In this document: positions 17,138-39,607 of the stretch, one piece after another
Numbering within the stretch: the stretch's first letter is position 1
How the letters are laid out: each line of letters opens with the position of its first letter
Origin: the human T2T-CHM13v2.0 reference genome, Homo sapiens
NCBI RefSeq assembly: GCF_009914755.1
Contig: NC_060941.1
Strand: one strand, 5' to 3'
DNA length: 64,000 bases
Program-made: the position numbers and the translations under genes
The notes under the pieces: model-generated
Database searches by the model: none
What the model was told of the DNA's origin: nothing
Seen by the model: the letters and a program-made list of their open reading frames with translations, nothing else

Positions 17138-18159
17138 CCGCTTGCACTTCAAAAGTACTTCTCCTAAGCCTCTTCAGGAAGACAAGTGATAGGTGTAAAC
17201 ATCCCAGCTTCTTTAAAAAGTGAATTGAAGACTTAAAGTAATGACTAAGGTTCACTTGAGCCTAAATAAAACAACCCAAAAGGCCAGCGAGTGACTAACT
17301 CTCTGGGATTTCAATAAAAGGAGAAGTGACAAGAAAGAAGGTTCTTAATGAGGTCAAAGAATTGAACCTTGAGTCTCTGGTTCTTCAAGAAACTTCAAGA
17401 ACAGCGTTGCTATTGCTTAGGGAGTTGCAGAGAAGGGTTGATACAGACACTACAACTTGCCTACCCAACATCAGTATGTCTCATCTTCCTTGTTATCAGA
17501 ACCTCAATTTTGTTCAGGGCTCCACTGCTCAGAGACCATAACCTCATCCTCATTTTCAGCTCAAGAATATCTCCCTCCTGAACTAACCTAGTCAACCACA
17601 GCAACCCCATTCTCCCATCGTTTTTGGTATAACATGATCATGTGATACAATAGTCTATTTCTATTTTGAGCCAGAGTCAATTAGGCAGCTTCCAGGAAGC
17701 ATTTCATTGCTCTTTAAAAAGAAATAACTGAAAAATACAAAAAAAGCCAAGATAAAAAAATGCTAAAAGCTATTAGAGAATTAAGAAAATGGCTTTAATA
17801 TTAATAACGGACATTAATTATTGATAGTTTTCATATAAACAACAACAATAGAAAAGTACAATTTAAAAAACCTGGATTTAAAACAGCAACCAAAAAGATT
17901 AAAAAAAAAACAAATAAATTTGACCAAAAACATGTTAGACTTTTGTGAAGAAGACGTTACTGAAAGACCTGAAAAATGCCTTGGAGAAACAAACAAACAA
18001 ACAAACAAACAAACAAATCCCACAATCTTGGATGAGAAAATTCAACATTGTAAAGGATTTCAAGATTTAACACAATCCCAATTGTTTTTAAAAGTTGTTC
18101 TCTCTTTTGGAATTACATTAGCTGATTCTAGAATTCATGTTAAAAAATAAGCAAAACTC

Positions 18160-18503
<344 letters not shown>

Positions 18504-19011
18504 TTAAAGTATCCATATTTTAGAAAATGTGGTACTAGCACATAAGTAGACAGAAGGACCAATGGAACACATTACAAAGTCCAGAAATAGATCAAAATAC
18601 ATATGGGAACGTATTCTATGATAATGCAGCATCTTACATCTGAAGATGAGAAGATGAACTACTAAGTAAAAAATATCGTCAGTCACAAAAATAGAATAGA
18701 GCCAAGTAGGAAAAACGTAGGATTCATACTCTTCACCAATTAAATTCCAAATGGATCAAAGATTTAACAGTTATAAAACCACAGAAGTACCAGAAAAAAG
18801 CACAGGAGAATTTCTTTATAACCTTGGTTCACTATAGTTATATATAATAATTACATAAAACTCTACTAAGATATTACTATATAAAACTCTCTTTATATGT
18901 TAGTCTGGAGTAGGATACAAAAGTTTAACAACTTTCTTTGGGAAAGACTGTTGGAAAACAGGCACTCACCTAAATTGCTGGCACAAGTCTAGAGGGGTTC
19001 TACCCCGCTAG

Positions 19012-19393
<382 letters not shown>

Positions 19394-19879
19394 TCCTCCA
19401 GCCATCCTACTTCTAAGAACTCACCTAGAGATATACTTTCACATATGCAAAATCCCTCTACTATATTTTTGTAATAGAAAAAGACTGAAAACAATACTCG
19501 CATATATATAAGAGCCTAGTTAAATGACAGTAAATGCATACAATGAAATATTATAAGGCTACAAAAACTAATGACAAAACCTTACATCACGATTGGGAAA
19601 ATCTCCAAGATATTCGATCAGGTGACAAAAGAATGTTGCAGAATGCTATGTATGATATGTTACCATGTGTGTAAAAGATGGAGGGAGATAATATATTCCT
19701 ATTTGCTGGTATGTGCTTAAGAGAACCCTAGAAGGATATGCCAAAAATTATTGAGAGTAATTACTTATGTTGAGGAGAAGGAGACATAGTGGGAAGATTT
19801 TTCACTGAATCCTGTTCAATGCTTTGCAGATTTCTTAGCCATATGAATTATATTACTTATGCAAAACACATTCTCCTTT

Positions 19880-20165
19880 CTCTTCTATTGTTATGCTTGG
19901 AGTGTGGCCGGGAACTGCTGTAGCTATTCTGAGACCACGAGAGGAGTCACTCGGAAGGGAAAGCCGACATCGAGTATCGGGAGATGAAGGGAAATGAAGA
20001 GACAGCAACTACCCGAAGCCCTGACGGCATCACTGGGCTGTCAATCAACCCTCTCACTTCTCTAACTTGCAACTTACTTCACGGGATGTTTTTCCCTATT
20101 TAAGCCATTTTGAGCAGGGTAATCTGTTATATGTGGTTGAGAGCAGCCAACTGCTATACTAGTCT
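19880..20165 (+). mobile_element. MLT1-family LTR fragment
   Basis: tttaagccatt...ctgttat...gcagccaa 3' LTR motif. Confidence 0.5.
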
Positions 20166-20375
20166 AGAGAGCTAAACCCAGGCACCCCCTTAACAATCGT
20201 CAGTCAGAGTGGGTCAGGACAATAAGCACAACCTGCTTTTCCAGACTCCTTTGTCCTCCTCCCTGAATGCTGAAGAAACAACCTTCCCTTCTGGTCTTCA
20301 TCACACTTCTACACACCCATCTGCACTAATTCCACTGTGCTGTGATCTGTCTTTGTATACATTTCCCCTTCCTGA

Positions 20376-20730
<355 letters not shown>

Positions 20731-20879
20731 TGACAAACTAATCCCCCCATGGGCACCTCTTAGCCCACCTTGCGTGGCTTCAGTAACTTCTGATTCTAAT
20801 CGTTGCTCAAGAAGAAAGCAGCAAGGCTGCACCAAAGCTATTTGTCTTTCCATCAAACTACCCAAAATAATTAGCGAGG

Positions 20880-21240
20880 CAGAGACAAAGCTGCATGCTT
20901 CACCAGGCCCTCCTCTTGAGTATACAGAAAGACTACATCCCCCAGCCGCCCTCAGAGCTAGGTTGGAGCCACGTGACTAGTTATGGCCAAGGGGCTGAGT
21001 GTGTGAAACTTGCAGGCCAAGGCATAGAAGACGGATGTGAGTTCTCCACACCCTCATTCTTCTCCAGTCACAGGGAACACGCACGCCTTGTGTCATGAGA
21101 GCACAGCCCAGAGATGGAAGCAACCTGAAGCTCGGAGTCACCTTTACGTGACAGACTTTACACGAGGCAGGCAAAAAAGCTTTCATGTATTAAAAGTGTG
21201 ACATTCGCAGGTTTGTTAACACAGTCTATCACGTCCTGGC
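20880..21240 (+). mobile_element. MLT1J-like LTR
   Basis: aaagactacat.cccag...gccacgtgactagtt.tggccaa motifs. Confidence 0.6.
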
Positions 21241-24200
21241 TCAGTCAATCTTTCTGTCAACAAACATGTGCTGAATCAACAACACACCTGCTGTATACCC
21301 AACTCTGGGCTGGATGTTACGGAAGATACAGAAAAGTGCATGAAGACGCTCATTCATTGAGCAATTACTTATTAAAAATTGTGCTAGGCTTTGGTCTCTG
21401 TCCTTGAGGTATTTAAAATATAGATCAAGAGACAAAATATACACTTGCAAAAGAGAAAAGCAGTTAAGTATTAACCATACAGTCTCCCTAGCTAAATCAG
21501 CTTCCTATTAATATGCTCTCAAAATACAATCTATTTTTTTGAACTTATTTTACTGATTGTATGATTCTTTATTTCATGTCTGTCTCTCTCCCTGGACTGT
21601 ACATGGCTCAACTGCAAAAAGTAGGTGCTTTTGTAGTTTTGGTTTTACCACTACACTCCCAGTATCAGTGTATAGCACATAGTAGGCACTCAATAAAGAT
21701 CTACTTAATGAAGGAAGGTTTGCTTTACCACATTTTTACTTCCTTACCTATTTTTCATTAAACTAGCAGGAAACTGTAATATTCTTGACTGTACTTAGTA
21801 ACTCTTTGGGGTTCAACTGCCCCTACACTCACGTAGAGGACAAAGCAAATCTGTACTGATTTCAGCACACCCTTGCACATCAGAAAAGCTAGGACGTCAC
21901 TGTATTTCAGGGACATACATAAAAGAGAGAAGGGGGTTTATGATATGGATGTATATTCCTTAGCAACTTCCTTCTTCTAGAAGAGTAGGTTGGTCACGTG
22001 GTAACAACATTAAGCAATGTGAAGTATAAATCAATGATTCTTTAGGAAATCTAAGTACTATGGGACATAAATCATCCTTCTTGTAAATCAACATTTAAAT
22101 TGAAATAAAACATTCAACGGTTTCAAATGGGGAGGAGCATTTTTAATGTTAGAATTTAATGTAAATTTTTCTTTTGCCCATCTTGGCTACCGATATACTG
22201 ATATGAAATACACATTGGAAATATCATGTTTTGTCAGTAGTGCAAGAGAAAAGCCTATCTCTAAAATTAAATTTAAAAATCTGCACTCTGAGAAAACGTA
22301 GACGTTTCATTATCATCTTCTTTTGATTTTAGCAATTGGTCTGCTTGTTAATATATCCTTCTTGACATACAACTACCACCTCAAACTCTAAACAACTTCC
22401 TATTCCCTATAATCCTCTACAGAGTTGGTGGTGTGAAGATTAAAGCTTAGCCAATTAGCCACCCACTGCAGCTGAGTTAATCACATAATCTTTGAGATGG
22501 TCACAGAGCAGTGGAGTATGCAATGGTTTTGGTTTTTTTTTTTCTCTTTACAGGCAAAGATTTAACTAATTGTGAGATTTAGCAATGCTCTCGAATATAA
22601 AGGGCGGGAGGGTTTTAAATCAGAAGCTGTGTCACTGCTTTATGAGACAGGGCTTATCTTCTTCTAAGAGACACTGTTGCACAGAGACTTCTTTAACAAG
22701 TTTCCAAATACCCTAAATTAGTCAACCATTGCTTATTTAGACCAAGGCTTACTGCTTTAGAATAATGACCAGTAATCCGTAAGGTAAAACTAAGATTCTG
22801 TCACATGACAGCTATACATTCAATTATGTGATTGCCACATTAATGTCTGTTTAAAGGAAATGCTAATCCAAACTGAAGTTTGACCATTCTTGACTCTCCT
22901 TAATAAGGCCACATATGAGGAAGAAGAGAAAAGAGGAGGGAAAAGAGGGATGGAAAGGCCCTCGGGAATGAGGGATGGGGAAGAAAGAGAGGAAAAGAGC
23001 GTTGTGCAAAGTAAATGAAAAAGAGGGAAACAGAGGCAGGGGCTCTAGGAAGGGAGGCTCACCAGGTTCCAAGCGAGTCCTGGTAGGGTAAACAGATCTT
23101 GTGGCATTGCTGCCAGTTACTAGGGAAATGTTGATTAGCAGATTAACCCCAGTTCTCTAACAGTAAATGTGTTGTGGTCATGGTCTAGCAATCCTGACAA
23201 AATGTGCCATAGTGAGCACGTCTATAACATTTCAAAGTTCTGACAAGGCTTTCTGGCCACCATGCTTCTGGAAGTCATGAATTAAGGGAAAGACACCTAC
23301 CCTCCACTCACAAAGTGACAAAGCAACCCAACTGACCCCCCCCACCCCAAAACCAAGAACTACAGAAGCAAAGAAAAATGCTGGAGGAATCCAGAGATTA
23401 GAGAAGCAAACGAAAATGTTGGAGGAGCCTAGAACTAGGAATTAACTGTAGAGAGGACTAAGGAAATCTCTGCAAGTCATTGGAGATACTACAGAAACCA
23501 ACTGGCAGAGAAAGGAATGAGTTTCTCCAAAGATAGATAGAGCTGAGCGTTCCCTAAGAGTTGGTATTAGAAATGACTAGGCAACTGACAATCAGGAGGG
23601 AAGGGGATACAATCGAATTGTAATTGAACATGTCATATAATGAACAAGTCATGTTTACAACTGAATTAAAGTCCTTGGAAGGCTAGGTCCAACAAGAGAA
23701 CTATTAGGTATGAGAAGTTGGGGAAAGAAGGGGAGGTCTCAAGGATGGGGATTAGGAGTAAAGAAGGCAAAAATAATACTCTTACATAGGCAGGTGAAGG
23801 AAATCAAACAACAGCAACTCTGACCTCAAATCTAAGAAAATCCACTTCCAGCAGTCCACTTCAGCTTTAGCATTCACTCCTCCATACACTTCTTGCTGGT
23901 CCTCGATAGGTCCACATGGTGCCATCTTCCCTGACTAGTTGGAGCAACGCTAGCTAGCTGGGTATTTGTTCTCATGGCCCTTGAGCAGATTTCCCGGGGA
24001 CTTTTCTACATAGCTTATGAGAGTGCTTTTGTCTAGTATGAATTTTCTTATTGATCAGACTTCTCTGGAATGTCTACAGGACTTGCACTTTTTGGACAAG
24101 CATATGCGGACATGTTCCCGTTACGGTGTTGGGTCTAAAGCAATCCTAGCCCAACAAGGAATCACCAATGGAAGTGAATGAGAAATTCACCTTCCAGGCC

Positions 24201-25748
24201 ACCGACATCATTCTCCTTCCTCTCTGTATCTGCAATGATTTTCTTTCTTCATGGTGCTCAATGTCCAGTCGCCACATTGGTTTCCCGCTCTTGGCCAGAC
24301 TCCATGTCATCCAGAACGGACCATCATTGTGTGTTATGTCCACGTCTACCTTCTTCAAATCACTCCACAGGAGTCATTTCTCCTTGACAGTACTTACATT
24401 ATTTTTAAACAGAATTCTTCTAGAAGCTTATTCTGAACCATCCTAGACTTCTGGTCCTGAACAGAAAAGATACACCAATCTCTATGTTGCCCTTGGTTTC
24501 ATCTTGAGAGCATGTAAATAAGTCTGGCCAGTAACTTTATTTCAACCCTCAGGGATTCAGTTACCTTTGCTTGACAGTGTCTCCCCAGTATGATCTCTGT
24601 CCCCATGCCACTCAGCCATTCACCAACACACCAACAAGCAACAGCTTTAGTCCACCACATGGATCAGCCTTATGGGCATGAAGAGCAGAAGGCAGTCCCA
24701 GTGGCAGGACCCAAGAGGTCCTCAGAAGGCCTCCATCCAAAAAAACCACCTGACACTAACCTGCCAAATTCCCTAAACATTCCCATCAACTAATTCACTG
24801 TGGTTTCAATCCTAGGGTTTAAGGAGGTTTCAGTTAAAATACCTCCAGAAGACAAGACATTGGCAGCCGTTGATTCCACTGCTAGAATTAACATGAGATT
24901 GTTCACTAATAAGACAATAGGCAGCAAGCTGGGCACGGAGGGAAGCAGACACGGAACAAATGAGATGTGGAAGAGGAGAATGGAGGGCAGAGGACCAGGT
25001 GCAGCGTATGATGGGGTCAGACAGACCACGTCCTTCTAGAGCAATCAGGGGGCAGGGCACGAGGGACAGAAGATCTCCGAAGCAATGAGGCAGCCTGAGT
25101 TCCCTCCTAGCCGGATGGAGACACAATGCTCCAGTAATAACATCTTGTATTTATAAAGGTCTTAGAGTTTACAAAGCCTATCTCATAGCAATCACTTCAT
25201 CTGGTCCTAACAACAACGAAAAATGGGCAGCACATGTATCCCCAGTCTAAGGTCAATGACTTCAAAGCCCACATGACTGACAGACTAGAAAGCTACAGAA
25301 CTGGGTCCTTCTAACACCTCATCCAGCTCTTTTTATGGTGCAATGGTTACAAGTTCAGAGCTAAAATCCAAGTTCTATGACTGATTAGCTTTAGAATCTT
25401 GAACCCTCTGAGCCTGTTTCTCTTCTGCAAAATGGGGCATTATAAAGAGCTCCTGAGCAAATGCACATAAAGAGCTTAGCACAGTGCCTACCATATAAAA
25501 AACAAATAGCAGACATAAGCTATAGGTCTCATGACTAGTACACTGTGACATAGAGCAGTCGTTCTAACCCTGCCACCTACTAAAACCACCCGGTAGTCTC
25601 CCCAGCCTTACTGCTGCCCAGGCCTCACCCAAGACTATGAATCAGACTCTGCAAGTACATGGTCTAAACATTTGTATTTTTTTTTTTTTTTCCATTCTCT
25701 CTTGGGTGATTCTGATGCAAAGTGCCACGATTAAGAATAAATGACACA

Positions 25749-26560
<812 letters not shown>

Positions 26561-26919
26561 AAAGGACACAGAGATGATCAGAGAAGAGGGGTGACAAAGG
26601 CAGGCAAGCGGGGACCAAAAACTAACAAAACAAACAAGGACCTGGTGGGAAGACTTCAGAGGTCCTCAGCCTAAATTCCTAGGTTGGCCCCTTCAGCATC
26701 ATTAAGTGGCACAATTAATGAGAAGCAAAGAGCAGAGTCTGGTGCAAAACATGCTCTTCTCAAATGGGAACCATGACTATTCATCACGACTGCCTCATCA
26801 CTACCAAGCAGAATAGTCTGAATGTTTTGTCCTCTTTCTGACCATCATCTGTCTACATGACCACTATTCCTCCATGAAACAAGCTCCCCGTCCTACCTAT
26901 GTCCTTATTAATTTCTTGA

Positions 26920-27299
<380 letters not shown>

Positions 27300-28361
27300 T
27301 GATTCCTTTGCTCACCTGTTCTCTTTGACCAACCTGGACCACCACCTTCATCCACATACTTCACCCCTGTACCCTGGGACTGAATATGCCAGGGAAATAT
27401 TGGGAACCACAGTAGATTGGCCCAGCACAGGCTTCTATCTTCATTTAAACCCTGCCCAGGAGACTGCCAACAGAGTATCACCCCTCCCTAACTGACTCTT
27501 AGGTTCATTTCTTCACAGAAGCAACTTAACATTTCATCTACCTTCCTGTATTTCACAGTTTCTTCATGGAACCTTGGATCGCCGCTCCTGAGAAGACTGG
27601 AACCCACAGGAAAATCAGTTTCATTTTCTTCAGCTTGTTCTAGGCAGTTGTTTGCAATCTGGGTTGTATATTAGAATCACCTGAGACCTCCCTGCCCCTC
27701 TGCCCCTCCACCGCAATCCCACTCTGGTTCACCTGTCAGAGGTGGAGTCTGACAATGCACGGCTAGGGTCCAAAACCACTGCCCTTGGGAAGCCACACTA
27801 TTCCTAACTGGAAACCAACTAGAAACAAGCTCCTCTCCACGATAAATGCATCAACCCTAGCGTGGAAGATGAGGAGAGGCGGGTTTCCACCCAAGCTCAT
27901 TGCCTTCTGTGATGGTTCCCACGATGAAGCTAAGGAAGTTCTAGAAACAGGGGGAGGCCAATTCTAAAGAGGTAGCAATTTACGGTTCATCAACCTCAGC
28001 CTTGGAAAGCCCGACCCGTCCTCCAGGTCTTCCAGCAGAACCGGGCTCAGAGCAGCTGTCAGCTCTTTGAAGTGTGAATCACTCACTGGCGAAGAATGGG
28101 GAGGAGGATCCAACTCCTTTGCCTCTGTGAGCCCCGGACCAGTCTTATTAGGACTCATGTTCTCAATATGCCAATTAAAAAAAAAAACAAAAAACTGCTT
28201 TGCCCACACAGAGAAGTAGTGACCTCAGGAGTTTAGAAGGCAGTTAACAAAGCAGAAAACTCAACCAAAGAATGCCAAAGAAATGTTCTGACTTCACCCA
28301 CAGTCTCCCTTAGTATGTTCCACCCAAGATGGGATTCAGCTGAACATACCTGGTTTACTAA

Positions 28362-28694
<333 letters not shown>

Positions 28695-28844
28695 CTAAAT
28701 TGAGTAGAAAATTATAGTCAAACACCATAAATGAATAGAATAGATTTTGATTAATTCCTAAAGTAAGCCATTCAGGAAACAGCTGTAGTATCTGCAAAGA
28801 AGTCTTCGCCCACCAAGTAATCCCTGTAAATAAAAACATCCTAC

Positions 28845-28955
28845 CTGATTAGATCTGGTTCGGCACCCTCATTCTTAAAGGATGCCAGAAGTAGTCTCTC
28901 TCGAGTTACAAGATCATCCAAGAGGTTCTGTCTTCGGTCCCCTTCAAGCTGTGTT
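28845..28955 (-). CDS. STX8: Syntaxin-8 exon 4 (111 nt; (I)TQLEGDRRQNLLDDLVTRERLLLASFKNEGAEPDLI + AG)
   Basis: CCTTAAC...CTGCAG| acceptor, phase-2 join with exon 3 (AT+A = Ile), CAG|GTAGGA donor. The downstream SNARE/TM exons were not found in the window. Confidence 0.97.
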
Positions 28956-29112
28956 CTGCAGATATCTTGTTAAGGTTCAATGGTGAATAAATGACCTCGT
29001 TTTAACTATTACATTATTAAGTTAGCTCTTCAAGTCAGTTGTGGCTTTTACAGACTGTAATCACTACTACCCAGAAGGGATGCGCACCACTCTTGCGTTT
29101 TTCCTGCTCTGA

Positions 29113-29572
<460 letters not shown>

Positions 29573-30055
29573 TGACTTCTCCTGCCAATGGTGCAACCTG
29601 GCTCAGTGATTCCTTAGGTTTTGAGTTATATGTGTGTGTCAGTGTTCCAGGGCATTTTCCTACATATTAATACCCTAAGATGCTCTGTTTAAAAAAGTGG
29701 GGGCGCTGGGGGAGAGAAGTTCTCTATATTGCTCTCTTTCTTCCATGTTAATATCTATTAACACACCTAGGATATTTATAAAGTGCTACTTTATGCAACA
29801 GATTTGCTCTATAAATTGTTACCATCAGTTCACTATTTAAATACATTGCATGATTTGTAAAGAAAATTACAAAGAGAATCATTTTAATGTGTGAATCTAG
29901 CAAACACGCTAGACTAGGAGCCCCAGAGGCAGAGTTGTAGCCCTATTCCACTATCTATGCTCTTGAACCAGTTATTTCACCTTTTGGGATCTCTCTTTCT
30001 TTATATGTAACACTAAATAGTCTCTAACATCTTTTCCACAACAATTCATAAGTGA

Positions 30056-30583
<528 letters not shown>

Positions 30584-30642
30584 CACAAGTTTTTTGTTTG
30601 TTTGTTTTTAGGCTGAACTGTGTCTATGTGTGTGGTATGTTA

Positions 30643-31389
<747 letters not shown>

Positions 31390-31455
31390 CTATCAGATTA
31401 GGAAACTGAGAAGACAGTTTTGGAAAGGGACAAGGAACCAGACACTCTCATACAT

Positions 31456-32145
<690 letters not shown>

Positions 32146-33636
32146 TAGACTGCCTTCTAAATACCTAACAAAATATAAAAGGTACAGTCTTTCAACAGAC
32201 ATTTCTTCCTCAGATACAGTCCTACAAGGACTTAGAAGCAAGGATGTCCACTGAACCATTATTTATAATAGCCACATTGGAAATATCAATAAGTAACTAG
32301 TGTATGTAAACAATGGAATGTTTTGCAGCCTTAAAAAAAGAATAGGAAAGCTGTTTAGGGGGCTGATAATGATAATTAACATTTTTGAGCACTTACTAAG
32401 TGTTTACATGAATTATTTGACATGGAATAATCTACAAAATATAACATTAAACCAAAGGAGGGGAAAAAAACAGCAGCAGCAAGGAGCTAAACAGTGAGTA
32501 GTGTGCTCCCACTTTGTTAAAAAAAAATCCTAACTATATATGTGTGTATATACACACAGAAAATTTCTGATATATAAACATTGCCTCTAAGGAAGGACAA
32601 CTGGGGATTAAGGGTATAAGAGAGACTGATGTTTCACTGAATATTGTTTCCTAATGTTTGTCTCTATCATCTGCTAATTAATAAAAACACAAGCTTCAGA
32701 ACCATATGTATAATATAATCCCTTTATAGTCAAAGGAATTTTATATTTACATATGCATATATTTCAAGCCTAGAAAAGTCTGAGATACTAGCTACCAACC
32801 ATTAACACTTAACTATAAAGAATGAGATGAGACAGGATAGAATAAGGAAGAGAAAGAGGAGTCATTGGTAATAACTAATGAGAAATATATCAGTAGAAAG
32901 TATAATATTTTTTGTAATAAAAACAATAAAGGTACATTTTAAAATCAGCAGATACTAGTTACAGATTTAAACTTACGTCAAGAAGGAGCTAACAAAGAAC
33001 ATCAGTTTCAGAAACAGTAAAACTTGATGACTATGTTTTGTAGATGAGTAACCAAAGAACAGAAACCCACACAGTTGATGCTAGAAGAGGCCTTAAAGAT
33101 CCCAGTTCTCTTGTTTTGCTGACCAGAAATTAAGGGTGAGCATGGCTAAGTCACTTGCCTGGGTTAACAGCCATGCTAGGTGACAGCTCTTTCAACCCTA
33201 GCTCATGGCTTTTCCACCAAACATTCTGCAGACTTCTCCACCTTGAGATGCTGACTTAACTTTGCCACTTCTTAGAATCCTGATAAAAACAATACTGGGA
33301 GTACGAATTCAGAATATTCCCAGAGACTCTGTAAATCTGGAAAACAATCCAATTAGGAACATGCTGCCTCTTTGTTTTATATTTTAATCTACGGAGAGAA
33401 CAGAGCATAAGGAGATGGGGAGGAGGGAGATGGAATGAGAATAAATTGATTAATGAACCATCTGCATAGCACCCTTGCTATGTAAGGGTTGTTATTAGTA
33501 AGAGGTCAAAGGATCATCCAGGAAACAATCTATACAGCATGTATGTGGACAGGTGCGTAGCAGTTGGGTAAAGTAGGGTAGTGGGGAAACAGTGTGCCTG
33601 AGTGATGCTAAGGACAAGTAGAAAGTAGGACACACA

Positions 33637-34894
<1,258 letters not shown>

Positions 34895-35764
34895 CTAGAG
34901 GTCAAAAGACTTTTCTGGCTTTCTTTTTTTAAGTCAACAAACTCTAATAAATATTTATGATGTACCAGGCCAAGTCCTTACCTTCCTCAAAGCACTGATC
35001 ACATTTTGCAAGTACTATTTTAATACCATCATTGTTTGTGAGTTTTGACATAACCATCATGCATGATTAAAAACTCCACAAAGAAAGGATGACCTGTAAA
35101 TTCTCAATGGTAGCTGAAATCTTTACAATAATGATAAAATAATCAATAGCAGCTAATCCTCAAGGAGGACTTAGTATATGTGAAGCACCCTGTATGCATA
35201 TAATCTCATCCTTACACAACAATCCTTTACGCCAGGTGGACTTCTAGCATCCCATTCCACAAATGAGGCACAAAGAGGTTAAGTAACTTCCCCAGGGGTG
35301 TTGGTAACCACCTTTTATTCAACACCCACCATTATGGGGGGCTAGTCCTGTGAAGAAAAAAGATTTTCTTCAACTTGTACAATAACCTGGCAAAGTATGA
35401 TTATTCCTACATTACAGATAATGAAACTAAGGTCCAGAAAAGCTGAACTGCTGTTTGGCCTTGGTAAGTGGCAGAGCTGGTCTTCAATCTCAGTTCTGTC
35501 TGCTTTCAGAGCCGATGTTGTTCCCACGATACCAATGGCACCTAGACATTCAGGTTTCGTGGACCAGTAATATGTCCAAAAAAACTAGGGGGGGGTGTAA
35601 CTTATATAGAATTACCAATTATACATTTTGCCAGGTATGGATGTTCAAGAAAAAAAAAAAGAAACAAAACTATCTACTTTTACTATCATGGTGAAAAAGC
35701 AAGGAGATTTTAACACCAAAAACTAGAAAGAACCATGTAATAGTTCTGTATAAATCAGAAAACA

Positions 35765-36041
35765 GGCTTGATATGGTGGCTCACACCAGTAATCCAAACA
35801 TTTTGCAGGCCAAGGTGGAGGATCGCTTGAGACTAGAAGTTCGAGACCAGCCTGGGCAACATGGCGAGACCCCATCTCTACAAAAAATTAGCTGGGCATG
35901 GTGGCATACACCTGGACCCCTAGCTACTTGGGAGGCTGAGGCAGGAGGATCTCTTGAGGCCAGGAATTTGAGGCTGCACTGAGCTAGGATTTTGCCACTG
36001 CCCCCCATCCTAGGCAACACAGTGAGATCCTGTCTTTAAAA
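35765..36041 (+). mobile_element. AluJ
   Basis: Diverged dimeric Alu. Confidence 0.85.
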
Positions 36042-36342
36042 AGTCAGAAAAAAAGTTCTTATAAATCAAAAAACTTCTGCTACACAAACACTATCTTCTT
36101 CTTATTTTTCTCATGTTACCAAGTATCAGTGAAAACCAATAGACAGGGACAGTGTTTGAAAACCACTTCACCTCCACTGTAGCTACCAGGGGTTACCTGT
36201 AAAATCTGTTCAGTCAGCCTCTCCACAACCACATCCATTGGGGTTTGTTATGTAGTAATCACCACATCTGTCTATGCACTTATCTATCTACTTACCTATC
36301 TTTGTTTTTCCAAAAAATAGAGTAGAGAAAATTTATTTATAG

Positions 36343-36622
<280 letters not shown>

Positions 36623-37674
36623 GAGAAAATTTATTTATAGATTTTTAAAACTTATTTCCAAAGGCCTTCTCCCAAGACACCAAAGTACTTTTTGACATCA
36701 AACCCCTCTGTAAAGAGATTTTCTTTATTCTCTTTAAAATAAGTAAAGGTGCTGCCTCCTGTGAAATGCCAACAAAAGGATAAGTTTCATGTGAAGCCAA
36801 CTCTAAGAAGATGGTACTAAGTATCTTTAGTACTATCTGGAATTTCATATGCAGCCTCCCACAGCATAACCCTCTTCTCAGCTGGTAAGACAATTATAGT
36901 TCCTATCTCAAAGAAACACTGTGAACAGATGTTAAGGTCTTTCAGAAATTTAAACTCTCTGACTGCAAGACTTCGGTTTATTAATTGCACGCTAATGGAT
37001 TCAAAAGCACAGAACTTCCATTTTAACTTGACTTTTATTCTTGCCAGGAGAAAAATACTTTTTCAGGAGAGAGCATAACATCTCATGCCTTAATTCCATG
37101 AATTTCATTGTTTAGAAAGCATTTGCACAGGACTTTTCTGGCAACTCCTAGTGTTCTTTGGACAAGTTCACAAGTGTAGAAAGGCATCAATTTATTAAGT
37201 ATCATAAATTCTCAACTATCCAGCACAGTAAGGAAATGTGGTATTCAAATATTCACATTAAAAAAGTCATCAAACATTAATTATGCCTCAAAAAAAGGAT
37301 TAAAAAGTCACTCCATTGGTGATTTATGAACAAACATTTTTCTCAACATCATAAAGTATACCTAATAAACCACAATGAACACTGTTTAATCTTCGGATGG
37401 TTAAGACGGTTCTTGAAGATTTGTATTATAAACAAGATTTGTCTTGGCAGTCCAGTAACACAACAATTCATAGAGAATTCTAGTTGAAGACATGCCAGGT
37501 GACAGCTGACTGTATTATTTCTACTAAAGTATAATTCAGCTTTTAAACAATTCACGTTGGGGCCACACAGCCTGTGTTTGAACCTGGCTCTTCCATTTCC
37601 TAGTTGTGGGGTCCTGGGTAATGACTAAAGCTCTCCAAGAATCCTCTCCTCAGTGTAGAAAACTCCTCTGCTGG

Positions 37675-37998
<324 letters not shown>

Positions 37999-38317
37999 CC
38001 TCCTCTGCTGGAATTCCGGGTTATCTCTCCAACTTCATCAGTGACTTTCGGTGTAAAGTTTAACTTGGCCTCAGTATCTTTCTTTGTAAAGAAGAGAAGG
38101 AAGCACCAAAAAAATCTAATAATATGAGATTATTAGGACTCATAGATTGCTATCTATCTTAAATCTGGAAGATAACTGCCAGAGAATTATTTTAAATGTT
38201 TGGGAAGAAGAAGGAGGTTAGGGGAAGGGAAGATGGGAGGAACAGAAGGAGAATTAAAAAGAGGCCTTCATAATATACAAGCTACCTCCTTTCCCTTACA
38301 TCAAAAGTGGCCTCCGT

Positions 38318-38674
<357 letters not shown>

Positions 38675-39309
38675 CTAAATGCCATCCCTAGTACTGGCTG
38701 CAGGTTGTTACAGTAGAAATAGATCAATTATTTGAAAAAATAAATAGAATTTTAAAGAAAGTTGTTGTATTCCAGTTGAATTTTTGATGTCTCCTGGTAA
38801 ATTCTAAATTATCCACATTAAGACCCCTAAATATTTTTGTAATGTTTTAAATAACTCTTGTTCAGTGTTTTTGATGCTTACTGCTTAATTCAGTAATTTG
38901 GGAAGTAATTCTGGGACGACCACAAAACCAAAAATCTGCAAGATTTCAACAGATGGTCAGACTGTAAGCATTTAGGAGAACAAAGTCAATTATAACTGTG
39001 GTATTCTTAGTACTCTCTAATAACTAGCAGAAATTATTATTAATAGAAAAAAGTAAAAGCTCTTAATTTGTATATTTTTCTTGCCCTATAGGGTTAGCAC
39101 ATAAATAAGGTGACTAATAATGTTACCTTAATGGAAGCAAATGCATATTATATCATGAAACAATATGTAGTTACCTTTCTAATATATGTGTTTTAGGTAA
39201 CACTAACATGAATTTACACACCTTGCCATGTGTAGACTTCCCAGTGCTTAGTACCGAAAGCAGAGGAAACAGTCCTGCCCATCTGAAACTACTAAAAATA
39301 CAAAAATTG

Positions 39310-39607
<298 letters not shown>

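Noticed and set aside
21900-23300. Repeat-poor stretch that could be a conserved enhancer or cryptic exon
   Set aside because: No motif cluster or splice/ORF structure strong enough to support a call from sequence alone; conservation data would be needed.
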